Shown here: positions 9,741-18,578 of the stretch, in pieces
How the letters are laid out: every line of letters begins with the position of its first letter
Position numbering within the stretch: the first letter of the stretch is position 1
Assembly: GCA_044868695.1 (NCBI GenBank)
Contig: JBIOWP010000053.1
Location: 9,465 to 73,464 of the forward strand
Direction: 5' to 3'
DNA from: a bacterium
GTDB taxonomy: Bacteria; Sysuimicrobiota; Sysuimicrobiia; Sysuimicrobiales; Kaftiobacteriaceae
Length of the DNA: 64,000 nucleotides
Program-made: the position numbers and the translations under genes
Notes under the pieces: model-generated
The model's database searches: none
Told to the model about the DNA's origin: nothing
Seen by the model: the letters and a program-made list of their open reading frames with translations, nothing else

Positions 9741-11062
9741 CAGATGCGACGACCGAGCAGCTGACCAAATACGCCGCCGCGCTGAAGGAGTACCTCCGGG
9801 GAGGCGGCGAGCCCGCGCTGCAGCGGGCGTATGAACTCGGACGCGCCGCGCTCGCCGAGGGGGTCGGCGTGCTGGAGATGGCAGCGCTGCACCATCGGGC
9901 GATGGTGCAACTGCTGCGGTCTGAAGAGAGCCTGCCGGGGATGGTCGCGGCCGCGGGGCAGTTCTTGGTCGAGAGTCTGTCGCCATTTGAGATGACACAC
10001 CGGGGATACCGTGAAGCCAACGCGTCGCTTGAGGCCAGCGAGAAGCAGTACCGCGAGCTGTTCGAAAACGCCAACGATGCGGTGTTCACGGCTGACCTCA
10101 CCGGTCAGTTCACGTCCATCAACCGGGCGGGGGAGCAGCTGACGGGGTACGAGCGCGGTGAGGTCACGTCCATGAACTTCGCGAGCGTCGTCGTGCCCGA
10201 GCACGTGCCGATCGCCCAGCGCATGATGGAGCGGAAACTGCGTGGCGAGGTGGAACGGACCCGCTACGAAATCGAAATCAAGACCCGCGACGGACGGAGA
10301 GTTCCCGTCGAGGTGCACACCGCGCTGCTCCGCCATGACGGGCAGGCGGTGGGGATCCACGGCATTGCGCGCGATATCACGGAGCGCAAGCAGGCTGAAG
10401 AGACGCTGCGGTGGTTGAACGAGCGGTTGGAGGACGAGGCGAAGCGGATCGCGCACGCGCTGCACGATGAAGCCGGCCAGCTGCTCAGTTCCGTGCACCT
10501 CGCCCTGGAGGAGGTCGCGCGCGATCTTCCTCAGGGCGCGCGGGCGCGGATGCGGGCCGTGAAAGAGCTGCTCGACCAGATCGAAGAGGAGCTGCGGCGG
10601 CTGTCCCACGAGCTCCGGCCGACGGTGCTCGACGACCTCGGGCTGCTGCCGGCCCTGGAATTCCTCGCCGATCGCGTCGGCAGGCGCAGCGGGCTCACGA
10701 TTACGGTGCAGGACAAGACCGAGCGGCGCCTGCCGCCGTCTGTCGAGACGGCCCTCTACCGCAGCGTGCAGGAGGCGTTCAACAATATCATGCGGCACGC
10801 GAAGGCGGCGCGGGTGAAGGTAGAGATCCGGCAGGAGGCAGGGAGCGTGCTCTGCTCGGTGCGGGACGACGGCATTGGGTTCAACACCGCCGTGGTGAAG
10901 GTGCGCGAAGGCGAGCGCGGACTCGGTCTGATGGGCATCCGGGAACGCGCCGGCGCCCTGGGCGGGACGCTTGAGATCCGGTCGGCGCCGGGGAAGGGCA
11001 CCGAGCTGTCTATCTCGATTCCTCTGGAGAGTGGAGATGTCGCTGCGGATTCTGCTGGCTGA
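9737..11062 (+). CDS. sensor histidine kinase: RsbU-N-like domain + PAS + HisKA_3 + HATPase_c
   Basis: N-terminus (LTKYAAALKEYLRGGGEPALQRAYELGRAALAEGVGVLEMAALHHRAM) resembles the RsbT-binding RsbU_N helical domain. PAS region follows (YRELFENANDAVFTADLTGQFTSIN). HisKA_3 H-box is HELRPTVLDDLGLLPAL and the ATPase G-box is RDDGIGF. ATGA overlap with rsbX. Confidence 0.85.
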   Translation: MTDATTEQLTKYAAALKEYLRGGGEPALQRAYELGRAALAEGVGVLEMAALHHRAMVQLLRSEESLPGMVAAAGQFLVESLSPFEMTHRGYREANASLEASEKQYRELFENANDAVFTADLTGQFTSINRAGEQLTGYERGEVTSMNFASVVVPEHVPIAQRMMERKLRGEVERTRYEIEIKTRDGRRVPVEVHTALLRHDGQAVGIHGIARDITERKQAEETLRWLNERLEDEAKRIAHALHDEAGQLLSSVHLALEEVARDLPQGARARMRAVKELLDQIEEELRRLSHELRPTVLDDLGLLPALEFLADRVGRRSGLTITVQDKTERRLPPSVETALYRSVQEAFNNIMRHAKAARVKVEIRQEAGSVLCSVRDDGIGFNTAVVKVREGERGLGLMGIRERAGALGGTLEIRSAPGKGTELSISIPLESGDVAADSAG

Positions 11063-11669
11063 TGATCACGGAATCTTCCGCCAGGGCGTCAAGGCGCTGC
11101 TGGAGCGTGAAGGATTCCGCGTGGACGGCGAGGCCGGGGACGGCCACGCCGCGATTCAGCTCGCCGAGCAGCTGACTCCCGACGTCGCGGTCCTCGACCT
11201 CACCATGCCGCTGTTGAACGGCCTCGACGCGGCCAGGGAAATTGCGCGCCTGTCCCCGCGGACGCGGACGATCCTGCTGACGATGCATACCGAGGATCCG
11301 TATGTCGCCAAGGCGCTCGCGGCCGGCATCCGCGGGTACGTGCTGAAGAGCCAGGCGGCGGAGGACCTGGTGCAGGCCATCCGGGAGGTGTCCAAAGGCG
11401 CCGTGTATCTGAGTCCCGGCGTCTCGGAGGCCGTCGTCGAAGCGTACCTGGCGAGACGCGAGCTGCCCCGCGATCCGCTGACCTCGCGCGAGCGCCAGGT
11501 CCTGCAGCTCATCGCCGAGGGCAAGACCACCAAGGAGGTGGCCGGCCTCCTGGGCGTGAGCGTGAAGACGGCGGAGTCCCACCGGATGAGGATCATGTCC
11601 AAGCTCGATATCCACGAGACCGCCGGGCTGGTCCGCTACGCCATCCGTCAGGGACTGCTGCCGCCCTGA
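11037..11669 (+). CDS. NarL/LuxR-family response regulator (REC + LuxR HTH), copy 1
   Basis: ILLADDH...VAVLDLTMP receiver domain and LTSRERQVLQLIAEGKTTKEVA HTH. Overlaps the kinase gene end. Confidence 0.9.
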   Translation: MSLRILLADDHGIFRQGVKALLEREGFRVDGEAGDGHAAIQLAEQLTPDVAVLDLTMPLLNGLDAAREIARLSPRTRTILLTMHTEDPYVAKALAAGIRGYVLKSQAAEDLVQAIREVSKGAVYLSPGVSEAVVEAYLARRELPRDPLTSRERQVLQLIAEGKTTKEVAGLLGVSVKTAESHRMRIMSKLDIHETAGLVRYAIRQGLLPP

Positions 11670-11692
11670 CCCGCCCGCAGAAAAGCGAATCA

Positions 11693-11732
11693 GGGTTTTC
11701 CCTATGCGAGATTCAGGCGTTTACCCGATTGG
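11693..11732 (+). promoter_or_regulatory. recurrent promoter-like motif, copy B (GGGTTTTCC-N14-GGCGTT-TACCCGATTGG)
   Basis: Near-identical to copy A. Lies 84 nt upstream of the second response-regulator gene. Confidence 0.5.
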
Positions 11733-11815
11733 ACCCCCCAGCTAGATCCTCGTAGCGTTACGTATAAGACTGGCACGACATCTGTGTGGACGTTGCGAAG
11801 GAGTGACGCCGTCCC

Positions 11816-12448
11816 GTGCCACTAAGAGTGGTCATCGCCGACGACCATGCGATCGTCCGTCAAGGCGTCCGGGGCCTGCTGGAGCGCGAGGGCTTCGATG
11901 TCGTCGCGGAAGCGGGCGACGGCAAAGAGGCGGTCCGGCTGACGCAGGAGCTCGGTCCCGACGTGGCGGTCCTCGACTTCGTCATGCCGGTGCAGGACGG
12001 CCTCGACACGGCCCAGGAGATCTCGCAAGTGTCACCGGGGACCCGGGCGATCCTGCTGACGATGCATGCTGAGGAACCCTACGTCGTCAGAGCCCTGCAG
12101 GCGGGGATCAGGGGTTACGTCCTCAAATCACAGACCGCGGTTGAGCTGGTGGGCGCCATTACTGAAGTCATGCGGGGCGGGACCTACTTCAGCCCGGGCG
12201 TATCCGGCGCCATCGTCCAGGCGTATCAGGCCCGCAATGAACCTCCCTCCGATCACCTGACCCCGCGGGAACGTCAGGTGCTCCAGCTGGTTGCCGAGGG
12301 CAAGACTACCAAAGAGGTGGCTCAACTGCTGGGCATCAGCGCCAAGACGGCCGACTCCCACCGCAGCCGCATCATGTCCAAGCTGGACATTCATGAGACG
12401 GCCGGGCTGGTCCGCTACGCCATCCGCCAGGGGCTCATCAGGCTGTAA
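11816..12448 (+). CDS. NarL/LuxR-family response regulator, copy 2 (tandem paralog, ~80% aa identity to copy 1)
   Basis: GTG start. VVIADDH, VAVLDFVMP, and a C-terminal region nearly identical to copy 1 (TTKEVA.LLG.S.KTA.SHR.RIMSKLDIHETAGLVRYAIRQGL). Confidence 0.9.
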   Translation: MPLRVVIADDHAIVRQGVRGLLEREGFDVVAEAGDGKEAVRLTQELGPDVAVLDFVMPVQDGLDTAQEISQVSPGTRAILLTMHAEEPYVVRALQAGIRGYVLKSQTAVELVGAITEVMRGGTYFSPGVSGAIVQAYQARNEPPSDHLTPRERQVLQLVAEGKTTKEVAQLLGISAKTADSHRSRIMSKLDIHETAGLVRYAIRQGLIRL

Positions 12449-12471
12449 AGAGAATCACCGATCCTCCTTAA

Positions 12472-12494
12472 GGCGTCCTCCCGATTGAATCCCC
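12472..12494 (+). promoter_or_regulatory. partial copy of the recurrent motif (GGCGTC-CTCCCGATTGAATCCCC; 3' half only)
   Basis: Matches the downstream half of copies A and B. Lies 33 nt upstream of the ANTAR regulator gene. Confidence 0.3.
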
Positions 12495-12525
12495 GCCTAC
12501 GCGACCGTTACCATAGTCTAAACGT

Positions 12526-13191
12526 ATGCAAACTCTGCGCGTGCTCATTGCCGAAGATAAGCGTCTTGTCGCGACGCGTCTGAGCTCGCAGCTCGAGAGT
12601 CTCGGGCATGAGGTCGCGGGCGTCGTACAAGATGGCCGCGACTTAGTGGAGGCCGCCTGGCGCCTGCTGCCGGACGTGATTATCGTCGGACTGCCGCTGC
12701 CCGTGCTGGACGGGATCGAGGCGTCGCGCGCTATTCTCACCAGACATGCGATTCCCATTATCGTGCTTGCCGGGTACACCTCCGCAGGTCTTGTCCGGCG
12801 GGCCCAGGAAGCCGGTGTGCTCACGTTCCTCGCCTGGCCGACTGACACCAGCGCGCTGGGGTCCGCGATTTATGTCGCACTGACCCGCTTCCAGGAGCTG
12901 CAGGTACTGTCCGAGCAGTCGGGCGACCTCCGGCAGGCGTTGCGGGCGCGCGCGACGGTGGAGCGGGCAAGGAAGATGTTGATGCGGCGCCTTGACCTCA
13001 CGGAGGCCGATGCCTTCAGGTACATGCGCCGCCAAAGTCAGACCTCGGGCCTGCCGGTCCGAGACCTGGCAGCGAATATGCTGATGGTGGGAGAGTTTCT
13101 GTTTGGGAAGCTCGACACGGTCCGCCGTCTCGGAACGATCCTCGACGTGCTCAGGCAGCGCGAGGCAGTCGGTCCACAGCGGGTCGCTTGA
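12526..13191 (+). CDS. ANTAR-domain response regulator (REC + ANTAR RNA-binding antiterminator, AmiR/NasT-like)
   Basis: Receiver domain (VLIAEDKRL...VIIVGLPLPVLDG) and C-terminal ANTAR helices (VERARKMLMRRLDLTEADAFRYMRRQSQTSGLPVRDLAANML). Confidence 0.85.
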   Translation: MQTLRVLIAEDKRLVATRLSSQLESLGHEVAGVVQDGRDLVEAAWRLLPDVIIVGLPLPVLDGIEASRAILTRHAIPIIVLAGYTSAGLVRRAQEAGVLTFLAWPTDTSALGSAIYVALTRFQELQVLSEQSGDLRQALRARATVERARKMLMRRLDLTEADAFRYMRRQSQTSGLPVRDLAANMLMVGEFLFGKLDTVRRLGTILDVLRQREAVGPQRVA

Positions 13192-13220
13192 AGGTTCCCC
13201 CATAGTCCTTCCGCGCTCCT

Positions 13221-13259
13221 GGGTTTTCCCACCCGCCGGGTAGGGAAGCACCTGATTGG
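13221..13259 (+). promoter_or_regulatory. recurrent promoter-like motif, copy D (GGGTTTTCC-N13-GGGAAG-CACCTGATTGG)
   Basis: Sequence motif. Upstream of the small ORF at 13413 and the secreted propeller gene. Confidence 0.45.
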
Positions 13260-13412
13260 TCACGTCGGAGTCCAGCCCCTAGTGTGGGTTCGGAGAGCAC
13301 CCTCATAAGCTGAGGCCGTTACGGGTGAGCCCAGCCGGGCGTGTGAGTATGTGCGCGTTAAGGGTAGGGGCCGATCTCTGCGCGTGACGTCAAGGGTTCT
13401 GAGAACGATGCG

Positions 13413-13712
13413 ATGGGCACGCTGGTTATTTCGTTTGTCTCTGCGGTCACCGGGGCAGGGTACTCCGAGGGCGACGATGCAAAGATCACGATCGTCGTCC
13501 CGCGGTCGCACGCCTATCTTGCTGACCTGCTCGCCAGGGCCTTCGAAGGACGTGAGGACATCGAGGTCGTCGTGGACCGGCGGCGCGGCGACCGGCGGGC
13601 CCAGCAGCGGCCTGTCTCCGTCGATCGCCGGCGGAAAGATCGGCGCCGGCGCAAAGAGGAAGTCGTTGAGGTCGTAGTCGGCCGGCCGGGATGGCTGTCT
13701 GATACTTCGTAA
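13413..13712 (+). CDS. hypothetical small protein with Arg/Asp-rich C-terminal repeats (VDRRRGDRR...DRRRKDRRRR)
   Basis: 99-aa ORF on the coding strand opposite a likely spurious 783-aa antisense ORF. Protein family not recognised. Confidence 0.35.
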   Translation: MGTLVISFVSAVTGAGYSEGDDAKITIVVPRSHAYLADLLARAFEGREDIEVVVDRRRGDRRAQQRPVSVDRRRKDRRRRKEEVVEVVVGRPGWLSDTS

Positions 13713-13770
13713 GGAGCGGAGCCGCCATCTGAACGCCTATGACGCGGTCAGAACCGCGCGTGGGTGGTAG

Positions 13771-13810
13771 GGGAACTTCCCGCCGGTGAGTCGGAGATTT
13801 ACCTGATTGG
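13771..13810 (+). promoter_or_regulatory. recurrent promoter-like motif, copy E (GGGAACTTCC-N12-GGAGAT-TTACCTGATTGG)
   Basis: Sequence motif 63 nt upstream of the ATG at 13873. Confidence 0.45.
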
Positions 13811-13872
13811 CCGCGTCCGGGGAACACGCTACACCCAAACCGGGTAGACGTCTGCATCGGTGGAGGAATGGC

Positions 13873-15831
13873 ATGCGACCGGCGATCCTGCGGAGTGCGG
13901 TGTGCGTCCTTTTCGTGAGCCTCCTGGCGGGTGGCCCGCCGGCCTCGGCGTGGGACGGAGTGTCTCATGCCGTCGTCAAGGTGTGGAATACCGCCGTTCC
14001 TATTCCCCCCTCCTTGAGCCTCGGGCTGACGCCGGGCGAGTCCGTCGAGGATCCCGCCGGCCTCACAGACCATGGCACAAGTTTCCCCACGATCGTGACC
14101 GTGTATGCCCGCAGCAGCCATCCGGGGGGTCTGTCGGGAGTGTCGTATTGGAATCCCGAGGGGAATGTCTTCGCGTGGTATGGGAAGACGTTTGGAGGGC
14201 TGCCCGCGGCGCAAATGCCACCGCCGCCGCCCAGCAGCGGGTTCCCAGGCGGGGTCGATATCAACCGGGGCGGCGGACCGGTCCTGGCAGGCGGACCATT
14301 CGGAACATCGTTTGGACCGGGTGATGTCTGGATCGGCGGAGCGCAGAATGAGCCGCTGATCGTGCAGATGGCCGGCTCGGACCCGCTGACCGGCGCCGGC
14401 AGGTTCCGATCCTACGGGACCAACAACCCGCTGCTGCCGCCGTCCGGCCAGGCCTTTGGGGTTCAGGTCGACGAAGCCACCGGGCACGTCTTCGTCGCCC
14501 AGACCTTCGAACGCCGGATCAGCCGGGTGAATCCTCCGACGGCGATCGTCACCATGTGGGACATGGGGACCTGCAACGGGTCGACGTGCGGCAGCCCCGT
14601 CTATGTGACGGTCGACACGTCGGGGCGCCCCTACGCGACGACGGTCGGATCGACGTTTGGGGACGGCGTCGTTCGCGTGAACCGCGGCGCAGACGGCGTG
14701 CTGGGGCTCAACCCCCTCACCGGCGTCTCTGACGACACCATCAGCCTGTGGGCGCTCCCCAGCCAGCCTGCATACCGCATCCCGCCGCTGTTCCTGACGA
14801 ATCCGGAGGAGAACCCGAACGGGCTCATTACCGCGGATGCGGATGGCAATGTGTGGATCTCCGAAAGCGGTGCCCACAAGGTGGCACGGCTGAACCCTGC
14901 CACGAACCAGATCTGCGAATACACCACGTCTGGAATGCGCAACCCGCAGCAGATCACGACGACGGGGTCCGGCAGCTCGCTGCAGGTGTTCTTCACGGAG
15001 GGGGAGGGCAACTCGGTCAGTGTGCTCACGCAGGGCGAAGCCGACCTGGCGCCGTTCCCCGACCGGGCGTGCGTCAGTGTCACGCCCCTCACCTTTCCGA
15101 CGCGTGTGGTCGACGTGACGACGCAGACCTTTGACGAACTGGTGCTGCCTCTGCGGACGGCGATCGTGCCGACGGTCCATCACGTGGCCTCGGTCGGCGG
15201 ATCGGGCATCGCGCGGTTCTCGCCTATGCCGAACCCGCTGCTGTCCGTTGACGGGGACCCGATCGGGGATGCGGGCAACGGTTTCCCGTCGGGGATGACC
15301 GGTGTGTACGGGGTGAATCGGGTCGCGGGCGCGTACCTCGATCTGCAGAATGGCAACAAGCACTTTCAGGTGGAAAGCCGCCTCATCACCGCCCCGCCGC
15401 CATCCCCGCCCGGCGGGCTGCCCGGCCGCATGACCGGTGGCGGGAGGCTCGCCACCGCGGACGGGACGAAGGTGACATACGGGCTCGTGCTGCGGTGCGC
15501 GGCGGATCAACAGGGCAAAGACGCGCTGCAGGTGAACTGGAGCGAGGGCAACAGGTTCCATCTCACGCGGGTCAACGCGGCCTCGTGCAGTGACGATCCG
15601 TCCATCAGCCCCGATCCTCCCCCTGCGTCGTTCGACACTCACTCGGGCCGCGGGACAGGCCGCTACAATGGCGTAGACGGCGCCACGGCGGAGTGGACGT
15701 TCACCGACGCCGGAGAACCGGGGAACGACGATACCGTCCGGCTCGTCATCCGGAACGCCTCGGGCACGGTTGTGCTCGTGGTCTCGGGCCGGCTCACGAG
15801 AGGGAACAATCAGGCGCACGACGCCAGGTAG
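13873..15831 (+). CDS. secreted beta-propeller protein with Vgb (streptogramin-lyase)-like repeats
   Basis: Signal peptide (MRPAILRSAVCVLFVSLLAGGPPASA). Repeats such as NPNGLITADADGNVWISESGAHKVARLNP and TGHVFVAQTFERRISRVNP fit the Vgb-lyase propeller blade pattern. A terminator follows. Confidence 0.7.
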   Translation: MRPAILRSAVCVLFVSLLAGGPPASAWDGVSHAVVKVWNTAVPIPPSLSLGLTPGESVEDPAGLTDHGTSFPTIVTVYARSSHPGGLSGVSYWNPEGNVFAWYGKTFGGLPAAQMPPPPPSSGFPGGVDINRGGGPVLAGGPFGTSFGPGDVWIGGAQNEPLIVQMAGSDPLTGAGRFRSYGTNNPLLPPSGQAFGVQVDEATGHVFVAQTFERRISRVNPPTAIVTMWDMGTCNGSTCGSPVYVTVDTSGRPYATTVGSTFGDGVVRVNRGADGVLGLNPLTGVSDDTISLWALPSQPAYRIPPLFLTNPEENPNGLITADADGNVWISESGAHKVARLNPATNQICEYTTSGMRNPQQITTTGSGSSLQVFFTEGEGNSVSVLTQGEADLAPFPDRACVSVTPLTFPTRVVDVTTQTFDELVLPLRTAIVPTVHHVASVGGSGIARFSPMPNPLLSVDGDPIGDAGNGFPSGMTGVYGVNRVAGAYLDLQNGNKHFQVESRLITAPPPSPPGGLPGRMTGGGRLATADGTKVTYGLVLRCAADQQGKDALQVNWSEGNRFHLTRVNAASCSDDPSISPDPPPASFDTHSGRGTGRYNGVDGATAEWTFTDAGEPGNDDTVRLVIRNASGTVVLVVSGRLTRGNNQAHDAR

Positions 15832-15845
15832 CGGCATGCGGCAAT

Positions 15846-15884
15846 CCCGCAGGCGCCGGAGAGTGGGCGCCTGCGGTCTTTTTC
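15846..15884 (+). terminator. rho-independent terminator (GC hairpin CCCGCAGGCGCC/GGCGCCTGCGG + TCTTTTTCT)
   Basis: Inverted repeat followed by a T-run, immediately after the stop at 15831. Confidence 0.65.
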
Positions 15885-15940
15885 TCTAGGGACATTCCCC
15901 GATGGCGTTTGATGACTTCTCCCTCGAACGTTCTCCAGCC

Positions 15941-15969
15941 GGTTTTCCAGGCTTCGCCTGATTGGTCTT
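15941..15969 (+). promoter_or_regulatory. recurrent promoter-like motif, copy F (GGTTTTCC-N8-CCTGATTGGTCTT)
   Basis: Sequence motif. The GGTTT to GGTCTT spacing is 17 nt, as in the other copies. Confidence 0.45.
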
Positions 15970-16137
15970 CACGCTACGGTTAGGCACAGTGAGTGATGGA
16001 ATGCGCAAGCGATCCGGACCCCCGAGGGGCCGGGAAGGAGGGATTGCGTCAACCAGTCACCGTAGGTCTCCGGTCCTTTGCATCGGGAGGTCGGACCGGC
16101 GCAGGGTCGTGTCGCACATGTCGAGAGGAGGAACGCA

Positions 16138-16782
16138 ATGAGCACGATGAGAGTCATGCACAGCCACGGCGCGCGCTGGGGTGTCGGTGCGCTGACCGTG
16201 GTCTTGACAATCTTCCTGGCGGTGCCCGCTCCTGTGAGCGCGCAGCTGCCGCTCCCACTGCCGGGAAGCGGAGGGGGGTCAGGGCCTCAGGCGACCGTAG
16301 TGCAGGCCGCCGTGTTCGGATCGACCGCCACGCTGGCCGATACCGGGACCCTCACGAGCGCCAGTGATCCTCTGGAAGCGTCGCTGGATGCAGGCAGCGC
16401 ATTGGGAGTCGTGAACGGGGAAGTCCTGCACGCCGTCACGATCGGCTGGTCCGATCAGGTCGTCTCTGAAGCTTCGCTCGGGAACCTCACCATCGCGGGA
16501 GGCGGGCTTAGCATCATTGCGGACTTCGTGATGGCCCGGGCGCAGTCTGTCTCGGGATCCGGGAGCAGCGGTGGCTCCCTCATCGAGAACCTGTCGATCA
16601 ACGGGGCGCCAGTCCAGCTCACCGGAGTGAATCAGACGATCGCCCTGCTGGGGGGCCTCACCCTGGTCATCAACGAGGTGCAACAGTCGGGGAGCTCGGT
16701 CACGGCCAACGCCCTGCACCTCACGTCGCTGGATGGTCTCGTCGACATCGTGGTCGCGTCGGCGAGGGCGGGTGGGTTCTGA
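16138..16782 (+). CDS. hypothetical secreted Gly/Ser/Thr-rich protein
   Basis: Strong RBS (GAGAGGAGGAACGCA before the ATG). Signal peptide (GALTVVLTIFLAVPAPVSAQ). No recognised domain. Confidence 0.6.
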   Translation: MSTMRVMHSHGARWGVGALTVVLTIFLAVPAPVSAQLPLPLPGSGGGSGPQATVVQAAVFGSTATLADTGTLTSASDPLEASLDAGSALGVVNGEVLHAVTIGWSDQVVSEASLGNLTIAGGGLSIIADFVMARAQSVSGSGSSGGSLIENLSINGAPVQLTGVNQTIALLGGLTLVINEVQQSGSSVTANALHLTSLDGLVDIVVASARAGGF

Positions 16783-16805
16783 TGAGAGGACAGGAGGAGT
16801 GGACG

Positions 16806-17393
16806 ATGCGTAAGGTCATCTCATCTCTACTGGTGCTCGTCGCCGTTGTGGCGATGCAGGTGGTAGTTCCGACCCCCGCGCCTGCCCACGTGATCCCCAA
16901 ACCATGTGATTTCACGACCGGCGGCGGATTTGTTTTCAACCCCTTCCCCAATGGAGCGAGGATCAACTTCGGCCTCGTCGGGGGGTGTAAGCACGGCTCG
17001 TTCTTCGGCCATGTGAACATCGTTGATCGGAGTTTCCCCCTTGGCCAGCTGCACGTGAGCAGCACGAGCATTGACGCGTACTTCGATCCGATAATTTCAG
17101 GATCGGGGTACCGTGATATCTGTGGCACGGCCAGGACGAATCTCGTCGGCGATGTGAAGTTTCGCGTGCGAACGAAGGACAACGGAGAACCCGGAGGCGA
17201 TGACCGCTTTGGGTTCAAACTGGCCAAGAATGGCGCAACGTACACTGTCAGCGTTCGGGAGCTGGGTCCCCCCGGCCGGACGGGCGGCGGTGGCAACATC
17301 CAGCTGCACAAGCCCAACCCGTCGACCACGGGACCGGACTTTGTAGACGAGATCGTTGCGTGCGGTGCGGATGACTCTGGATTGGGATTCTGA
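16806..17393 (+). CDS. hypothetical secreted protein
   Basis: AGGAGGAG RBS. Signal peptide (VISSLLVLVAVVAMQVVVPTPAPA). Starts 24 nt after the previous stop. Confidence 0.6.
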   Translation: MRKVISSLLVLVAVVAMQVVVPTPAPAHVIPKPCDFTTGGGFVFNPFPNGARINFGLVGGCKHGSFFGHVNIVDRSFPLGQLHVSSTSIDAYFDPIISGSGYRDICGTARTNLVGDVKFRVRTKDNGEPGGDDRFGFKLAKNGATYTVSVRELGPPGRTGGGGNIQLHKPNPSTTGPDFVDEIVACGADDSGLGF

Positions 17394-17495
17394 CCGACTC
17401 GAGTCCCAAGGTTGTCGTCGCTCAACTATCGGTCCCCGGGGGGCCCGCATGGCGAGCCTCCCGGGGCAGTTTCTTGGGTGGTTCAAATTCCAGCC

Positions 17496-17544
17496 GAGTT
17501 CAGGGGTTTTCCTCGCTGCACGTCCGGCGTCCACCTGATACCGG
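17496..17544 (+). promoter_or_regulatory. recurrent promoter-like motif, copy G (GAGTTCAGGGGTTTTCC-N13-GGCGTC-CACCTGATACCGG)
   Basis: Sequence motif 72 nt upstream of the ATG at 17614. Confidence 0.45.
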
Positions 17545-17613
17545 CGGAGGAGGGGAGCCGCCTATTCTCGGGCTAACGCGAAGGCGCTCCCCGAAGAGAG
17601 GGATGGCTGAACG

Positions 17614-18555
17614 ATGACGAGGCATAGCGGTCGACCGTGGAAACGATTTGGGCTACTCCTGATCAGCATGTTTCAAATCATCCCCGTGCTGCCGGGGCTC
17701 AACGTCGGCGCGACGAACGTCGCCTTCGCGCCCGGGGACGTGGTTCTCTCGTTCGAGAACGGGTCTGTACAGTGGCGGGCTCCCGATGGGGCCCTCAAGG
17801 GAGTGCTCGCCGGCACGGTGCCAGGCCCTGCAGAAGGCATGCGGTTCGATGCGGCCGGCAACCTGTACGTGACGCGCTGGTGCGCGCATCCCTGCTGGAC
17901 CTCCGACACCGTTGAGAAGTTCAATACCAGTGGCGTCTGGCAAGGGACGTTCGGCAGCGGGTACAACTGCCGGCCCCACGCGCTCGCCTTCGACGCCGCC
18001 GGCAACGCGTACGTCGGCCAGGCCGACTGCACCGGTGACGTCTTGATGTTTTCGAGGGAGGGAAACCTTCAGGCCACTTATGCGGTCGCTCCCGAGAACA
18101 ACGGCTCGTTCTGGGTCGACCTCGCCCCCGACGGCTGTACGCTCTTCTACACGTCGTGGGGTCCCAACGTAAAGCGGTTCAACGTGTGCACGAACAGGCA
18201 GCTTGCCGACTTCAACCGCGTCCCGCTGCCCGGCGGTGAGACCCATGGACTCCGCGTCCTGCCTGGTGGCGGCGTGTTGGTCAGCAGCGGCGCCGTGATC
18301 GCGCGCCTTGATGCCTCCGGGGTTCTCGTCCAGACCTACAGTGTGCCGACGGGTGAGCCCCAGTACTGGGCCGGGCTTGACCTGGTGGGTGACGGCACGT
18401 TTTGGGCCGCCAACTATTACGCGTCCATCTTCTTCAACAACGCCAATGTGTACAGGTTTGACCTGACCACCGGAGCGATTCGGGGAAGCTTCAACACCGG
18501 GACCCCGGACCGTGATGTCGTCGATGTCCGCGTGAGCCGCGGGACGGGTCCGTAG
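17614..18555 (+). CDS. secreted beta-propeller (NHL/SMP-30-like) protein
   Basis: N-terminal hydrophobic signal. Repeated DAAGNLYV / DAAGNAYVG / LAPDGCTLFYTS blade-like segments. Confidence 0.6.
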   Translation: MTRHSGRPWKRFGLLLISMFQIIPVLPGLNVGATNVAFAPGDVVLSFENGSVQWRAPDGALKGVLAGTVPGPAEGMRFDAAGNLYVTRWCAHPCWTSDTVEKFNTSGVWQGTFGSGYNCRPHALAFDAAGNAYVGQADCTGDVLMFSREGNLQATYAVAPENNGSFWVDLAPDGCTLFYTSWGPNVKRFNVCTNRQLADFNRVPLPGGETHGLRVLPGGGVLVSSGAVIARLDASGVLVQTYSVPTGEPQYWAGLDLVGDGTFWAANYYASIFFNNANVYRFDLTTGAIRGSFNTGTPDRDVVDVRVSRGTGP

Positions 18556-18578
18556 GACCTATCACAGGGAGGCTGTTC

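Noticed and set aside
8684-10798. 704-aa minus-strand ORF spanning rsbT, rsbX and the kinase gene
   Set aside because: It is antisense to four genes with clear domain signatures. Its composition is the typical high-GC shadow-ORF mix of Arg, Pro, Ala, Gly and Ser.
13486-15837. 783-aa minus-strand ORF opposite the secreted propeller gene
   Set aside because: The sense strand encodes a signal peptide and repeated propeller blades, followed by a terminator in the + orientation. The antisense product is Arg-rich and repetitive.
17440-17545. tRNA-like T-arm (GGTGGTTCAAATTCCAGCC)
   Set aside because: There is no acceptor-stem partner, no D-arm and no anticodon arm in the preceding 75 nt. The segment coincides with the GAGTTCAGG/GGGTTTTCC promoter-like motif.
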